Origin: an uncultured bacterium
GTDB taxonomy: Bacteria; Fidelibacterota; Marinisomatia; Marinisomatales; JAHJCW01
Length of the DNA stretch: 64,000 nt
Direction: 5' to 3'
Assembly: GCA_964634215.1 (NCBI GenBank)
Contig: CAZWKR010000007.1
Location: 35,244-99,243 of the forward strand
The notes beneath the pieces were generated by a model. The model searched no databases and was not told the origin of the DNA. It worked only from the letters and a program-made list of their open reading frames with translations. This document shows, piece by piece, positions 19,952-29,969 of the stretch. Both the position numbers and the translations under genes were made by a program. Every line of letters starts with the position of its first letter. The first letter of the stretch is position 1.

Positions 19952-20857
19952 CTAATTTACTGAACTTAAGATACCATAAACTTGCAGCGGTGTTAAGTGC
20001 TCAGGAAATTTATTTATTAATTCTTTACGTACTATATAACAATAATGACACTCATCAACAAACTTATCATTCAATTTAATATCGTAAACTAGTGCTAATT
20101 CATAAGGACCGCCTGTGCCGAGTGGTCCACATATCGGGTGTTTTGTAACGTCATATTCATTAATAATTTGCGAAAGCGGTTTCTGCCACAGGTTGCCAAT
20201 GCTAATGCCCTGACAGACCTGTACATTACCAAAACTATCTATATGAACCCTCATTGGCTTAATAAGTTCTTCATGTTTGCATTCGGTAAATGTGTTGGCG
20301 GGTCTAGTAGGTAAGCCATCGACTAGTTTTTCTACAGCACGACCTTTAAATAACGCACCGCCTCCCACAACTGGGGCTCCCTTTTTGTCTGAGGGCGCCT
20401 GAATAGATGGTTTTTCGATGCAAATTGAATTTACTGAAAACCCTAACTCTTTTGCTGCTTCAGCAGCAATTTTTGCTGAATTGTTTTCAGTATCATCATT
20501 GTGAAAAAGATCATCGCTTAAACTCAGATCATCAATCTTACTATCAATAATCGGTTTTAGCCACAGTTTGGCATCTTCTATTGTGGTAGCCCAATAATTA
20601 TTGGTAACGATGCCGGTTTTAAATCCCATCGCTTTGGCGAGCTGTAATCCTTTCAACATTAGCGGATAATAAAGAAAAGGTTCACCACCTTCAAAGTAAA
20701 TCCATTCCACAGTTTTAAATTTTTTTGCATCATTCAGTACTTTTTGTATTTGATCTAAAGTGAAAGTTCCCGAAGCATTAGGACTGCAATAAAGAAAACA
20801 ATGATCACATTCATAATTACAAGTGTAAGTGAGGAGAAAATGTATTTGTTCTAGCAT
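19952..20857 (-). CDS. Radical SAM protein
   Basis: CNYECDHC (CxxxCxxC), GGEPFL and TNNYWA motifs; C-terminal Cys cluster. Confidence 0.9.
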   Translation of the reverse strand: MLEQIHFLLTYTCNYECDHCFLYCSPNASGTFTLDQIQKVLNDAKKFKTVEWIYFEGGEPFLYYPLMLKGLQLAKAMGFKTGIVTNNYWATTIEDAKLWLKPIIDSKIDDLSLSDDLFHNDDTENNSAKIAAEAAKELGFSVNSICIEKPSIQAPSDKKGAPVVGGGALFKGRAVEKLVDGLPTRPANTFTECKHEELIKPMRVHIDSFGNVQVCQGISIGNLWQKPLSQIINEYDVTKHPICGPLGTGGPYELALVYDIKLNDKFVDECHYCYIVRKELINKFPEHLTPLQVYGILSSVN

Positions 20858-20874
20858 ATTTATATCGAATAAAT

Positions 20875-21558
20875 TTAATTGTTAGGTGTTTTCTCATAAA
20901 TTGCTATCATATCAGGTCGCTCTGTGCAGAAGTAATGAACCCAAATATAAATATGATTAAACAGTGCAACAGTCAGTGCTGCGCTTGAGAATAAAAGTAA
21001 TCCGGGTAAATAGAGAATCATGAGTCCAAAGACATACATCCCATTGTTAGTGAAACGAAAAATTCCTCGTTTCTCATATGGTTCATTATAATTCTTATCA
21101 AAATGGTCAATCCCATATGCTCTTTCGATAGTAAAATACTTTTTTACAGAATAAAAAAGATAAATAACAATTGGAGATATAACTGCTACTAATAAGTAAG
21201 CAATAAATGGATTTATTAATAGTGAGTTTCGGTTGCTTATCGCTAAGATAATTATAGAAATCAATCGACTAATAAAAAGGATTGAAAATCCAACTGCATA
21301 TATTTTAAATGATTTTTTTATTCCATACCTTGAAGAAAAAGTTTTTTGATGGAGTTCCATTCGCCAGATTAACCAAACATAAACCTGATGAATAATAGGA
21401 ATTGATACTGCTGTCCAGAACCATGTTTTGGTACTAATCCCCCATAATATACCGCTATTTAAATCATAAATATTTGATACAAATAGTTGGACGATTTTAA
21501 TGAGTATTATTACAGATACTAAATGCCATATTTGAAAACGAAATACTTTATTCCTAAT
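20875..21558 (-). CDS. PEMT/ICMT-family membrane methyltransferase-like protein, probable ATT start (227 aa)
   Basis: The frame stays open upstream of the track's ATG (21360) as far as 21576. It encodes QIWHL..LWGISTKTWFW..IPIIHQVYVWLIWR. GAGAGGA lies just upstream of ATT at 21558. The C-terminus has GIFRFTNNGMY and CTERPDM. Confidence 0.7.
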   Translation of the reverse strand: MRNKVFRFQIWHLVSVIILIKIVQLFVSNIYDLNSGILWGISTKTWFWTAVSIPIIHQVYVWLIWRMELHQKTFSSRYGIKKSFKIYAVGFSILFISRLISIIILAISNRNSLLINPFIAYLLVAVISPIVIYLFYSVKKYFTIERAYGIDHFDKNYNEPYEKRGIFRFTNNGMYVFGLMILYLPGLLLFSSAALTVALFNHIYIWVHYFCTERPDMIAIYEKTPNN

Positions 21559-21576
21559 ATTTTTCCTCTCTGTTAA

Positions 21577-22062
21577 TTATTTTTGATTACTATAGGCTTT
21601 TTGAATTTTTAAAACAGTTAATGTTCTAGTGCTGTTATTTAAACTTGATACAACTGTATCACCAATTTTTTTTCCTATTAATAATTGACCAATTGGTGAA
21701 CCATATGTTATGATTTGTAAATCTTTAAAAAGTTCCAACTCAACTGAGCCAAGTAAATTATATTCAACATCTTTATTTTGTTCCTTGTCAAATAATGTAA
21801 CCATTGTACCGAAAGTAACTTTATCAACTTTTATATTTTTTTCGTTAATTATTTCTGAATGTAAATATTGTTCTAAATGACGCAACCTAGTGAATAACAT
21901 TTCTTGTTGTAGTTTCGCAGATTCATACTCAGAATTATCTGATATATCACCAAAAGCTGCCGCAACAGAAATATTTGAAGAATTTTGTTTAATTTTCGTT
22001 TTTAATTCTAAGATTTCTGATCTTAGTAAATCATACGTTGTATTTAAAATAAAATTACTCAT
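21577..22062 (-). CDS. GreA/GreB-family transcription elongation factor
   Basis: AAAFGDISDNSEYESAK, VTFGTMV and SPIGQLLIGKKIGD motifs. Confidence 0.85.
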   Translation of the reverse strand: MSNFILNTTYDLLRSEILELKTKIKQNSSNISVAAAFGDISDNSEYESAKLQQEMLFTRLRHLEQYLHSEIINEKNIKVDKVTFGTMVTLFDKEQNKDVEYNLLGSVELELFKDLQIITYGSPIGQLLIGKKIGDTVVSSLNNSTRTLTVLKIQKAYSNQK

Positions 22063-22333
22063 AGTTTTTATTTAATAATCCTCTTTCTATAGTTGTTTAA
22101 ATTACATTCATTAAAATTGAAACTCAGCGAAATTTGTGCAAAATAATTCAATAATTCACCTGTTATGATAAATGTATTATATTCATAAAATTACATGAAG
22201 TTTCTTGTGAAATGTTTATCTGTGTTCTATTTTCAGTAAATCGTGGTTGATGTTGGTCAAACAATATAATTTTGTAACAAATCTCACAAATTTTCATCTA
22301 AGCAATGATTGGTGCAACTCCCCGAACAAAATA

Positions 22334-22756
22334 ATGATTTATATAACCGATAGAATAAGTATCTCCGAGAATGAGATACAAGAAGATTTTGTACGGGCAT
22401 CCGGTCCGGGGGGGCAGAATGTTAATAAGGTTGCAACAGCGGTGCAGTTGCGTTTTGACGTGCGTAATTCTCCATCTTTATTGGAAGATGTTAAACTACG
22501 ATTGATGAAGATAGCTGGAAAAAAAATGACGGATGATGGAGTTTTAATAATTGATTCACGAGTGCATAGAACACAGAACCGAAATAGGGAAGAAGCGTTA
22601 ACCAGATTTGTGGAGCTTATCAAAAAAGCGACTGAAAAACCGAAAAGACGCATAAAGACAAAACCTACGAGAGCGGCTAAGGAAAGACGCTTGGATGCGA
22701 AAAAACAGCGCAGTGCGGTAAAAACATTACGAAAAACTGTGGATATCAATAATTAA
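22334..22756 (+). CDS. arfB: Alternative ribosome rescue factor ArfB
   Basis: ASGPGGQNVNKVATAVQLRF, RTQNRNRE and a basic C-terminal tail (TKPTRAAKERRLDAKK). Start moved to ATG 22334. Confidence 0.92.
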   Translation: MIYITDRISISENEIQEDFVRASGPGGQNVNKVATAVQLRFDVRNSPSLLEDVKLRLMKIAGKKMTDDGVLIIDSRVHRTQNRNREEALTRFVELIKKATEKPKRRIKTKPTRAAKERRLDAKKQRSAVKTLRKTVDINN

Positions 22757-22901
22757 AGTATTTTATTTAAGTAACTTTTTTAGAATTTGTGCATCAACAA
22801 AGCAATTGAACTAAATAATTGATAATTAGTATCTTTAAGTCTGTGAAAATTTTATAATCAGACGAATATGTTAAAATTTTAATAGTTTTGGAGGAAAAGA
22901 T

Positions 22902-23765
22902 TTGGCAAAAAAAGCAAAACCAATAAAAATAACTTCTGGATCAAATCGTAGTATCAGTTTGTATCTCTCTGAAATTGGAAGATATGAGCCATTACCTCCT
23001 GAACGCGAAGTTGAACTGGCAATTCGCATTCAAAAAGATGATGATTTGGCGATGAAAGAATTAATTGAATCAAATTTGCGATTTGTTGTTTCAGTTGCAA
23101 AAAAATATCAGGGAAACGGTTTATCTTTAGCTGATTTGATCAACGAGGGTAATCTTGGTTTAATTAAAGCCGCAAAGCGATTTGACCATTCTCGCGGTTT
23201 TAAATTTATTTCCTATGCAGTTTGGTGGATCCGTCAATCAATTTTACAGGCGCTTGCTGAGCAGGCTCGATTGATTCGTTTACCGTTAAATCGCGTTGGA
23301 ACAATTACAAAAATAACCCGTGTTGCCGAAAAACTTGAAGCGGAAATTGAACGCCAACCGAAAGCGAACGAAATTAGTCATCAGTTAGAAATGACGCCGG
23401 ATGAAGTTGTCAATGCGATGCAATACTCACGTCGTCATAGTTCATTAGATACACCATTTCAAGATGGTGAAGATAATTCGTTAATGGATGTACTAGAAGA
23501 TACGCTTGATATTAGTCCGGACGATAAATTAATGCGCGAATCGATGAAAGAAGATGTAAAAGCGTCTTTAGATACACTCGCTGATCGGGAACGTTCGGTC
23601 ATTGAAATGTATTATGGAATTAACCGTGAGAGTGCTTTGACGCTTAACGAAATTGGAGAAGAATTCAGTTTAACTCGTGAGCGCGTAAGACAGATCAAAG
23701 CTAAAGCAATTCAACGGTTAGGGCATAAATCACGCAGTAAAATGTTAAGAAAATATTTAGGTTAA
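22902..23765 (+). CDS. RNA polymerase sigma-70 factor, short RpoD/SigA type lacking region 1.1
   Basis: NLRFVVSVAKKY, DLINEGNLGL, FISYAVWWIRQSI and TLNEIG..LTRERVRQI motifs; TTG start after GGAGG. Confidence 0.93.
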   Translation: MAKKAKPIKITSGSNRSISLYLSEIGRYEPLPPEREVELAIRIQKDDDLAMKELIESNLRFVVSVAKKYQGNGLSLADLINEGNLGLIKAAKRFDHSRGFKFISYAVWWIRQSILQALAEQARLIRLPLNRVGTITKITRVAEKLEAEIERQPKANEISHQLEMTPDEVVNAMQYSRRHSSLDTPFQDGEDNSLMDVLEDTLDISPDDKLMRESMKEDVKASLDTLADRERSVIEMYYGINRESALTLNEIGEEFSLTRERVRQIKAKAIQRLGHKSRSKMLRKYLG

Positions 23766-23788
23766 TTTTCTAATCATAAATAAGATTG

Positions 23789-23820
23789 AAAAACGTCCCG
23801 TAATTCTGCGGGACGTTTTT
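23789..23820. terminator. Bidirectional intrinsic terminator
   Basis: AAAAACGTCCCG-taattctg-CGGGACGTTTTT between convergent genes. Confidence 0.85.
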
Positions 23821-23831
23821 ATTATATTAGA

Positions 23832-25217
23832 TTATTTGTTTTTACTTCCCCACCAATAAATTCCGGTTCCAACACCAATAAATAGTAAAAAACCACCTAT
23901 CACTTTTATTTCGTAAACTAAAATATTTGTCGCTCCTGGAGCAGGAATAACAGACATTGTCATTGCAAAAATTGTAGTGATCAATCCTGATATTCCTACC
24001 AAGTTTGCCATCCAGTTATTTTTTGGAATTAATATAACATCTTTATTCTCTCCAATATTTTTTCTTCTCAATACGATGTAAGCGGAAAACATATAAGCAT
24101 ATGGTATGAAATAAACCAAAAGGGTTGTGTCTAGTAATATCAGATAGGCTTCCCTAACAGTTGTGCCGATGAAGCTCATTATGATAAATGCTGTTGCAAC
24201 AATACCTTGTACAATTATTGCTATATGTGGTGAACCAAATTTTGAATGTACTTTTCCGAATCCTTTTGGTAGATATTTATCTACACCTGCTACAAAGGGC
24301 ATACGAGCAGCTCCGGTAAACCATGCCATAAGACCGCCAATACCTCCTAAAGTTATGAATAAGGCTAAAATTTGGCTTGTCCAGCCTAATCCAAGCTTTA
24401 CTCCCATAGCGGCTATCCCTTGTAAAAACCCGCTTATGATATTGATTTCTGAGGACGGTATGGCAACTAATAATGAAAATGTTCCTAAAAGATACACAAC
24501 TGTAATAATTATACCTGAATAAATGGTTGCTTTAGGAATTACTTTCTGTGGTTGTTTTATTTCCCCGGCAAGAACTGCTGCTAATTCTAAGCCAGCAAAC
24601 CCAAAGCACATTGATGCCCAAAATGATAATTTATCAAATGTAATTATATTACTAAAAAAGCTTCCCGCTGTCATTGGATTTGCAATTCCATATTTAACAA
24701 TTGTAATTATACCAAATACTATCAGAACAGTCCCGGTGATCCACGAACCAATACCACCAATGTTGTTTATCCACCGTCCTAACTTGAGTCCGATGATATT
24801 GAATATCATAACTATCCATAATGCTAAAAGCGAGAATATCATAACATAGATTTTATTTTCTCCAAGCGCCTGATAGCCATCTCCAAGTACAAATACAGAT
24901 ATACCTGCGATGTAAACTAAAAGGTTTGGAAAATAAATTAGATTATTTGTCCAATAGCACCAACCGGATAGAAATCCGTGAAATTCACCGAATGCTTTTT
25001 TTGTCCATATATATATTCCACCCTCACCCGGAAGCCGAGTAGTGAGCTCAATTACAGCAAATGCTTGTGGAATGAAGAAAAGTAATAATGCTGCAATCCA
25101 TAGTACAATTGAAGTATTCCCGCCTACCGCTGCAAGTGAAATCCATCGTAACCCAACTATTGCGGTAACATTTAGAAGTACGATATCCCATAATTTTAGT
25201 GATCGAGCAAGTTTCAT
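23832..25217 (-). CDS. APC-family amino acid permease/antiporter
   Basis: About 12 TM segments; IVGLRW, PGEGGIYIW and GFAGLE motifs. Confidence 0.9.
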   Translation of the reverse strand: MKLARSLKLWDIVLLNVTAIVGLRWISLAAVGGNTSIVLWIAALLLFFIPQAFAVIELTTRLPGEGGIYIWTKKAFGEFHGFLSGWCYWTNNLIYFPNLLVYIAGISVFVLGDGYQALGENKIYVMIFSLLALWIVMIFNIIGLKLGRWINNIGGIGSWITGTVLIVFGIITIVKYGIANPMTAGSFFSNIITFDKLSFWASMCFGFAGLELAAVLAGEIKQPQKVIPKATIYSGIIITVVYLLGTFSLLVAIPSSEINIISGFLQGIAAMGVKLGLGWTSQILALFITLGGIGGLMAWFTGAARMPFVAGVDKYLPKGFGKVHSKFGSPHIAIIVQGIVATAFIIMSFIGTTVREAYLILLDTTLLVYFIPYAYMFSAYIVLRRKNIGENKDVILIPKNNWMANLVGISGLITTIFAMTMSVIPAPGATNILVYEIKVIGGFLLFIGVGTGIYWWGSKNK

Positions 25218-25360
25218 AATTTGATTTCCGATTAGTTGTTTACAAGTTACAAATAACGAATTTGTATTTCAATTTACGATTCACGCATTAAAATTTCAGA
25301 TTTCTATATATTTCATGTAATTTTAAATACATTTTAAAGAAATAATTAGGGAGCGTATTA

Positions 25361-25774
25361 ATGCCTTTTAACAATATTGCAGTTGCCTTAGCTGGAAATG
25401 ACAATGAAATACCAGTAATAGATGAAGCCGTTAGGATAACTATTACTCTAAAAGCGAAATTATGTGTTTTACATGTAAATGATCCTCATGCGGGTGAAAT
25501 GTCTATGATGATGGATAGCTCCAAAAAATTTGTTAAGGATGATTTTACAAAAATGTTTCATGATGCCGGACATGAAGAAATTGCAAAAAGAATTGAAGTA
25601 AAGATTGTAGAGAATGCTTCTGTAAGTAAAGGTATCGCAAAACTTACATCCGATTGTGACTTGCTAATCTTAGGTCACAATAAAATGAACAAGCTGAAGG
25701 AAATATTGATAGATTCAATCGATGAGGTTATTGTAAACGTTTCAAGTTGCCCGGTCTTGATAATTCCCAAATAG
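25361..25774 (+). CDS. Universal stress protein (UspA family)
   Basis: NIAVAL..., DLLILG and CPVLIIP pattern. Confidence 0.85.
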   Translation: MPFNNIAVALAGNDNEIPVIDEAVRITITLKAKLCVLHVNDPHAGEMSMMMDSSKKFVKDDFTKMFHDAGHEEIAKRIEVKIVENASVSKGIAKLTSDCDLLILGHNKMNKLKEILIDSIDEVIVNVSSCPVLIIPK

Positions 25775-25813
25775 GTAATAAAATATTGATCAATATTAAT
25801 TCATTTTAAAAGA

Positions 25814-27319
25814 ATGAAGAATAAATCAGATATTTTTAAATTAGTTCTAGGCCCGCTATTAGCTATATTTCTCATAATATTCGTTGATCTAGACCCTCAA
25901 AATCCATTAATTACCATAACAGCTGCTATCGCTATCTGGATGGCGTTTTGGTGGATTACAGAAGCAGTACCATTGGCGGTAACGGCGCTATTGCCTATTG
26001 TGTTGTATCCGACCTTAGGAGTGATGAGCGGTAAAAGTGTAGCGCCAATCTATTTCAATCATATAATATTTTTGTTTATTGGCGGATTTTTAGTCGCATT
26101 AGCAATGCGAAAGTGGAATCTTCATCGCAGAATTGCGCTAAAAATATTGATGATATTCGGAACAAAACCAAGAAATATATTATTAGGATTCATACTTGCT
26201 ACTGCATTCCTTTCTATGTGGATTTCAAACACAGCAACAACGATGATGATGGTGCCGATTGCATTGTCAATAGTATATAAGTTAGAGGAAATGTTCGAAA
26301 GGAAATCTATCCATAAATTTTCAATTGGAATATTTTTAGGGATTGCCCACGCAGCAACTATTGGGGGAGTCTCCACTTTAGTCGGTACGCCACCAAATTT
26401 ATCATTCGCTCGAATATTGACAATATTATTTCCTAACGCACAAGAAATATCATTCGCTACATGGATGATATATGCACTGCCTCTTTCAATAGTATTTATA
26501 ATTATTCTTTGGTTAATATTATCATTTATTTACACTCGTAATTCCGACTTGGTTATTGAGCCAAGCATATTTAGGCAGCAATATAAAGAGTTGGGAAAAA
26601 TTAGTTTTGAAGAGAAAATTGTGTTAATTGATTTTATCCTTTTGGCAGTATTGTGGGTTTCTCGAGCAAATATTGACATAGGAAATTTTACTATTCCTGG
26701 ATGGTCTCAACTTTTTCCCAATCCAAGTTATTTTAATGATGGGACTGTCGCTATAGCGATGGCACTTATTTTATTTTTGATACCATCGGTAAAGGAAAAA
26801 GGAAAGCGCATATTAGATTGGGATACTGCAGCTAAATTACCTTGGAATATAGTTATATTGTTCGGTGGCGGTTTCGCTTTAGCGAGCGGATTTAAAGAAT
26901 CCGGTTTAGCCGATTTCCTTGGTCAGCAAATGCAGGGATTTGGAGTCTTTCACCCGATAATAATTGTCCTTGCAATATGCTTATTTGTTACATTTTTAAC
27001 AGAGTTAACATCAAATACAGCCACCGCGGAAATGTTATTACCCATCATTGGCGGGCTAGCGATAGCAATAAAGATAAATCCATTGTTTTTGATGATTCCT
27101 GCTACAATTTCTTGTTCATTCGCATTTATGTTGCCTGTAGCAACTCCTCCAAATGCAATTATATTTGGTACAAATCGGCTTAAAATCAGCGAGATGGCTA
27201 AAACAGGTGTTTGGTTAAACGTAATTGGTGCAATATTAATTACTATTTCGATTTACGTAATCGGTAAAGCCGTATTTGGAATTGATCTTGCACAATTCCC
27301 AGAATGGGCGTTGAATTAA
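25814..27319 (+). CDS. SLC13/DASS sodium:dicarboxylate symporter
   Basis: WITEAVPLAVT, SMWISNTAT, GTPPN, TELTSNTAT and AFMLPVATPPNA motifs. Confidence 0.93.
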   Translation: MKNKSDIFKLVLGPLLAIFLIIFVDLDPQNPLITITAAIAIWMAFWWITEAVPLAVTALLPIVLYPTLGVMSGKSVAPIYFNHIIFLFIGGFLVALAMRKWNLHRRIALKILMIFGTKPRNILLGFILATAFLSMWISNTATTMMMVPIALSIVYKLEEMFERKSIHKFSIGIFLGIAHAATIGGVSTLVGTPPNLSFARILTILFPNAQEISFATWMIYALPLSIVFIIILWLILSFIYTRNSDLVIEPSIFRQQYKELGKISFEEKIVLIDFILLAVLWVSRANIDIGNFTIPGWSQLFPNPSYFNDGTVAIAMALILFLIPSVKEKGKRILDWDTAAKLPWNIVILFGGGFALASGFKESGLADFLGQQMQGFGVFHPIIIVLAICLFVTFLTELTSNTATAEMLLPIIGGLAIAIKINPLFLMIPATISCSFAFMLPVATPPNAIIFGTNRLKISEMAKTGVWLNVIGAILITISIYVIGKAVFGIDLAQFPEWALN

Positions 27320-27333
27320 TTACTTAAGATTGA

Positions 27334-27672
27334 CTATTGAAGATTATAGCGTTCTTTAAGTGCAGGTTTTCTAAATACCAAAGACGATAATCCTGTAAAC
27401 AAGGTAATTATCCCTAATATTATTACCAACCTAAGGTATGGCTCACCAATCGCTTGACGTTCATTTGTATAAACAAGCAATGATCTAATCCACTCAATTG
27501 AACCGATTAATAGAAAGATCTGAATTAATCGTGCAACCCATGCCTGTTTAATTAATAATAAAAATGGAATTAATAAAAATATTAACGAGAACAGTGACAA
27601 TCCTGCTCGTGAAAAGTGAGCGCTTAGGATTAGGAAACTAAAAATTACAGGAAATAATCGCAAAGTATTCAT
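27334..27672 (-). CDS. Small hypothetical membrane protein
   Basis: 112 aa with 3-4 hydrophobic segments (SAHFSR, EPYLRL). Confidence 0.7.
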   Translation of the reverse strand: MNTLRLFPVIFSFLILSAHFSRAGLSLFSLIFLLIPFLLLIKQAWVARLIQIFLLIGSIEWIRSLLVYTNERQAIGEPYLRLVIILGIITLFTGLSSLVFRKPALKERYNLQ

Positions 27673-27673
27673 A

Positions 27674-28297
27674 TTAATTTACCTTTTTCCACATCTCTTT
27701 CGCTTCTACTTTTGAAAGTTCTAGTTTCGTATCTCCTATTTGTTCAGATAATAATTTGAAAGTTTTTAATTTATCCCTATAGTTTTGTATTATTGATTCA
27801 GGTAGATATTTGTTATCAATACCAACTCCATAACGGAATTTACCCCCTGTGAAAGTTTGCCAGAGTTGAGCATGCTTTGGTTTATTTAAAGTATAGCCAT
27901 ATTCATTAAGAAGTGCTCCTACATTACTTATAACATTTCTAAACGCTGTTTTTGCGTGAAATTCTTCGTATTTATCATTATACGATTGTGTATTATCTTC
28001 TTTTTTATAATGCGGCCATATATTTCTATCATTGAATTCTTTTTGTATTAATTCTGGCAATTGTGTTATTAGTGTTTCAAGTTTATCTTTTAATTTCTTT
28101 AATTTTTCAATTCCAAGTGATTTTGTAACCTCAGAATAAGACTCTATGAACTCTTGAACTGTCTTACGTATCCAAGTCTCAGCCCCTTTTGGCATTTCGT
28201 TTTTTATTTTATTATATAAGTCATCTAATTCTTGAATAATTGATGGCAATTTCTCTTCTTGTTCTTTTAGTTTTGCTGAAAGTTCCTTACTATTCAT
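27674..28297 (-). CDS. Hypothetical coiled-coil protein
   Basis: 207-aa ORF with GGAG RBS; helical and charged. Confidence 0.6.
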   Translation of the reverse strand: MNSKELSAKLKEQEEKLPSIIQELDDLYNKIKNEMPKGAETWIRKTVQEFIESYSEVTKSLGIEKLKKLKDKLETLITQLPELIQKEFNDRNIWPHYKKEDNTQSYNDKYEEFHAKTAFRNVISNVGALLNEYGYTLNKPKHAQLWQTFTGGKFRYGVGIDNKYLPESIIQNYRDKLKTFKLLSEQIGDTKLELSKVEAKEMWKKVN

Positions 28298-28366
28298 AAT
28301 ATCTCCGGTTTGTAATTTTTTTTATATATCAATTATATACTGCACAAATGGATCAGCTAAATTGAT

Positions 28367-28594
28367 CTATTTCGTTTTTTTTGGAAAATAATGAGTATAT
28401 ACTTTGTAGAGAGTTCCTGCCAATATTAAATCAATGAATCCAAGTGTCAATTTAGTTATTGCAGGGTTGGAGGGTTTTAAAACATTGAAAAGTATAATAA
28501 AAAAAGCGACTAAAATTGAAATTGATAATACAAATTTTATAATTATATCTGCGAGTAATTTATAGATTTTTATTTTTTCGTCTGTGATTGTCAT
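28367..28594 (-). CDS. Small two-TM hypothetical protein
   Basis: 75 aa with two hydrophobic helices; starts 1 nt after the stop of the upstream gene. Confidence 0.6.
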   Translation of the reverse strand: MTITDEKIKIYKLLADIIIKFVLSISILVAFFIILFNVLKPSNPAITKLTLGFIDLILAGTLYKVYTHYFPKKTK

Positions 28595-28595
28595 A

Positions 28596-28967
28596 TTATT
28601 GGATTAATTGATAAAAAACTAATTTATCCAACGTATTAACCTGAAAAACGAAATCATCTTCTTCTTTTAGTTTACACTGTTCGCAAATAATGTCATCAGG
28701 AACAGCTTGACCGTCTGAGACAGATAATATAATTCTCTCACAATCATTATTGGAACAGATATAGCCAATTTTACGATTGAATATTTTTTCTTTAACGGCT
28801 AATTCACAGAAAAATTTTGCTGTTGAGAATGGTAAATTGAAAAAACTTCGAATATTTTCAATATATATTCTATCTGGGTCTGTTCTCTCAATAATTTTTT
28901 GCTTATTAAGAACGGTTTTACCAATAATTGAGTTATCAATTATTGGTAAGAATTTGGCTAATAACAT
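28596..28967 (-). CDS. Hypothetical protein with C-terminal Zn-ribbon-like motif
   Basis: CSNNDC...CEQC. Likely start MLLAK at 28967, overlapping the end of the upstream gene. Confidence 0.6.
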   Translation of the reverse strand: MLLAKFLPIIDNSIIGKTVLNKQKIIERTDPDRIYIENIRSFFNLPFSTAKFFCELAVKEKIFNRKIGYICSNNDCERIILSVSDGQAVPDDIICEQCKLKEEDDFVFQVNTLDKLVFYQLIQ

Positions 28968-29811
28968 TTTCTTTTGCATCCTTGTTTTTTGCAAATGTTG
29001 TGAGACTTATTTTTCCCTCAGAGGGTTCCGAAATAAAATGATTATATGAATTTTTATCACCATTTCTAATATTAAATATGGTTCTTTTTAATGGTGCATA
29101 AATAATTTCGTCAAACAACTCAGGGTATTGTTCTTTTAATGTAAATTCTTCGTCCATTGCTTCAGTTGATATAGATCTTGATTTTTTCCATTTTACAAAC
29201 GGCGAATCAATTAAATCATTTTTCCATAAATGTTTAATCCCCTTATTAAGGTCATAGGGATTTAATTCTTTAAATTTAGTTGATTCTGATTTCAATTTCA
29301 ATAAAATATACTTTTCATCTATTGTTTTACCAAAGTTAATGATTCTATTGGCTGTATTAATATAAGCATTGATATTTTTTTCTATAATTGTGAAATCTAA
29401 TCTTAAATAATTTTTTGTAATTGTCATTTTCATTGGTACTTTAAAATCAATGTCTGTACGAGAAAAATTATCTCTATCGGCTACAATAATTACTGAATAT
29501 GTAGTATTATAAAAATAAAATTGCGTTATTTCACCATCTGATTTAGTATTTTTAAATAATGGTACTGTACTTAATAAAGCAGTCTCAAATAAATTTAAAT
29601 CCTTAGTATCATTATTGAAAAAATAGATATGTTGGCGGGTATAATTGAAAAATTTATATGAAAAATTATATATTTCTTCAGGTTGATATTTCAATACTAT
29701 CTCCTGAATTATTGAATTTTGGGTTTTTGTTTTTACAAGAAAATTTTCTTTTAAAGTTTGAACCGGGTAAAGCTTTAGCAATCTATATAATATATTATTA
29801 TCACTATTCAT
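28936..29811 (-). CDS. Hypothetical protein (291 aa), first gene of an AT-rich cassette
   Basis: Long ORF with TGAGGT RBS; no family recognised. Confidence 0.7.
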   Translation of the reverse strand: MNSDNNILYRLLKLYPVQTLKENFLVKTKTQNSIIQEIVLKYQPEEIYNFSYKFFNYTRQHIYFFNNDTKDLNLFETALLSTVPLFKNTKSDGEITQFYFYNTTYSVIIVADRDNFSRTDIDFKVPMKMTITKNYLRLDFTIIEKNINAYINTANRIINFGKTIDEKYILLKLKSESTKFKELNPYDLNKGIKHLWKNDLIDSPFVKWKKSRSISTEAMDEEFTLKEQYPELFDEIIYAPLKRTIFNIRNGDKNSYNHFISEPSEGKISLTTFAKNKDAKENVISQILTNN

Positions 29812-29969
29812 TTCTTACCTCAAATAATAGTAGTTAACTGTTGTATTGCTTTAAAGGACATGGTGATTACGTAACGACACAAAATTAATACTTAATCTGT
29901 AAAATTACAAAATTTATATAAAAATATACTCTATATATAAAAGTAAATTACTGGTGTTGTTATTGCAAA

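Noticed and set aside
19952-20857. Radical SAM enzyme as maturase for the Trp-containing 10-aa peptides
   Set aside because: It lies about 34 kb away, shows no evident RiPP recognition element, and has no adjacent precursor.
20875-22062. Gre-methyltransferase fusion by stop-codon readthrough (same frame)
   Set aside because: The stop is TAA, and a separate SD plus ATT start explains the downstream ORF more simply.
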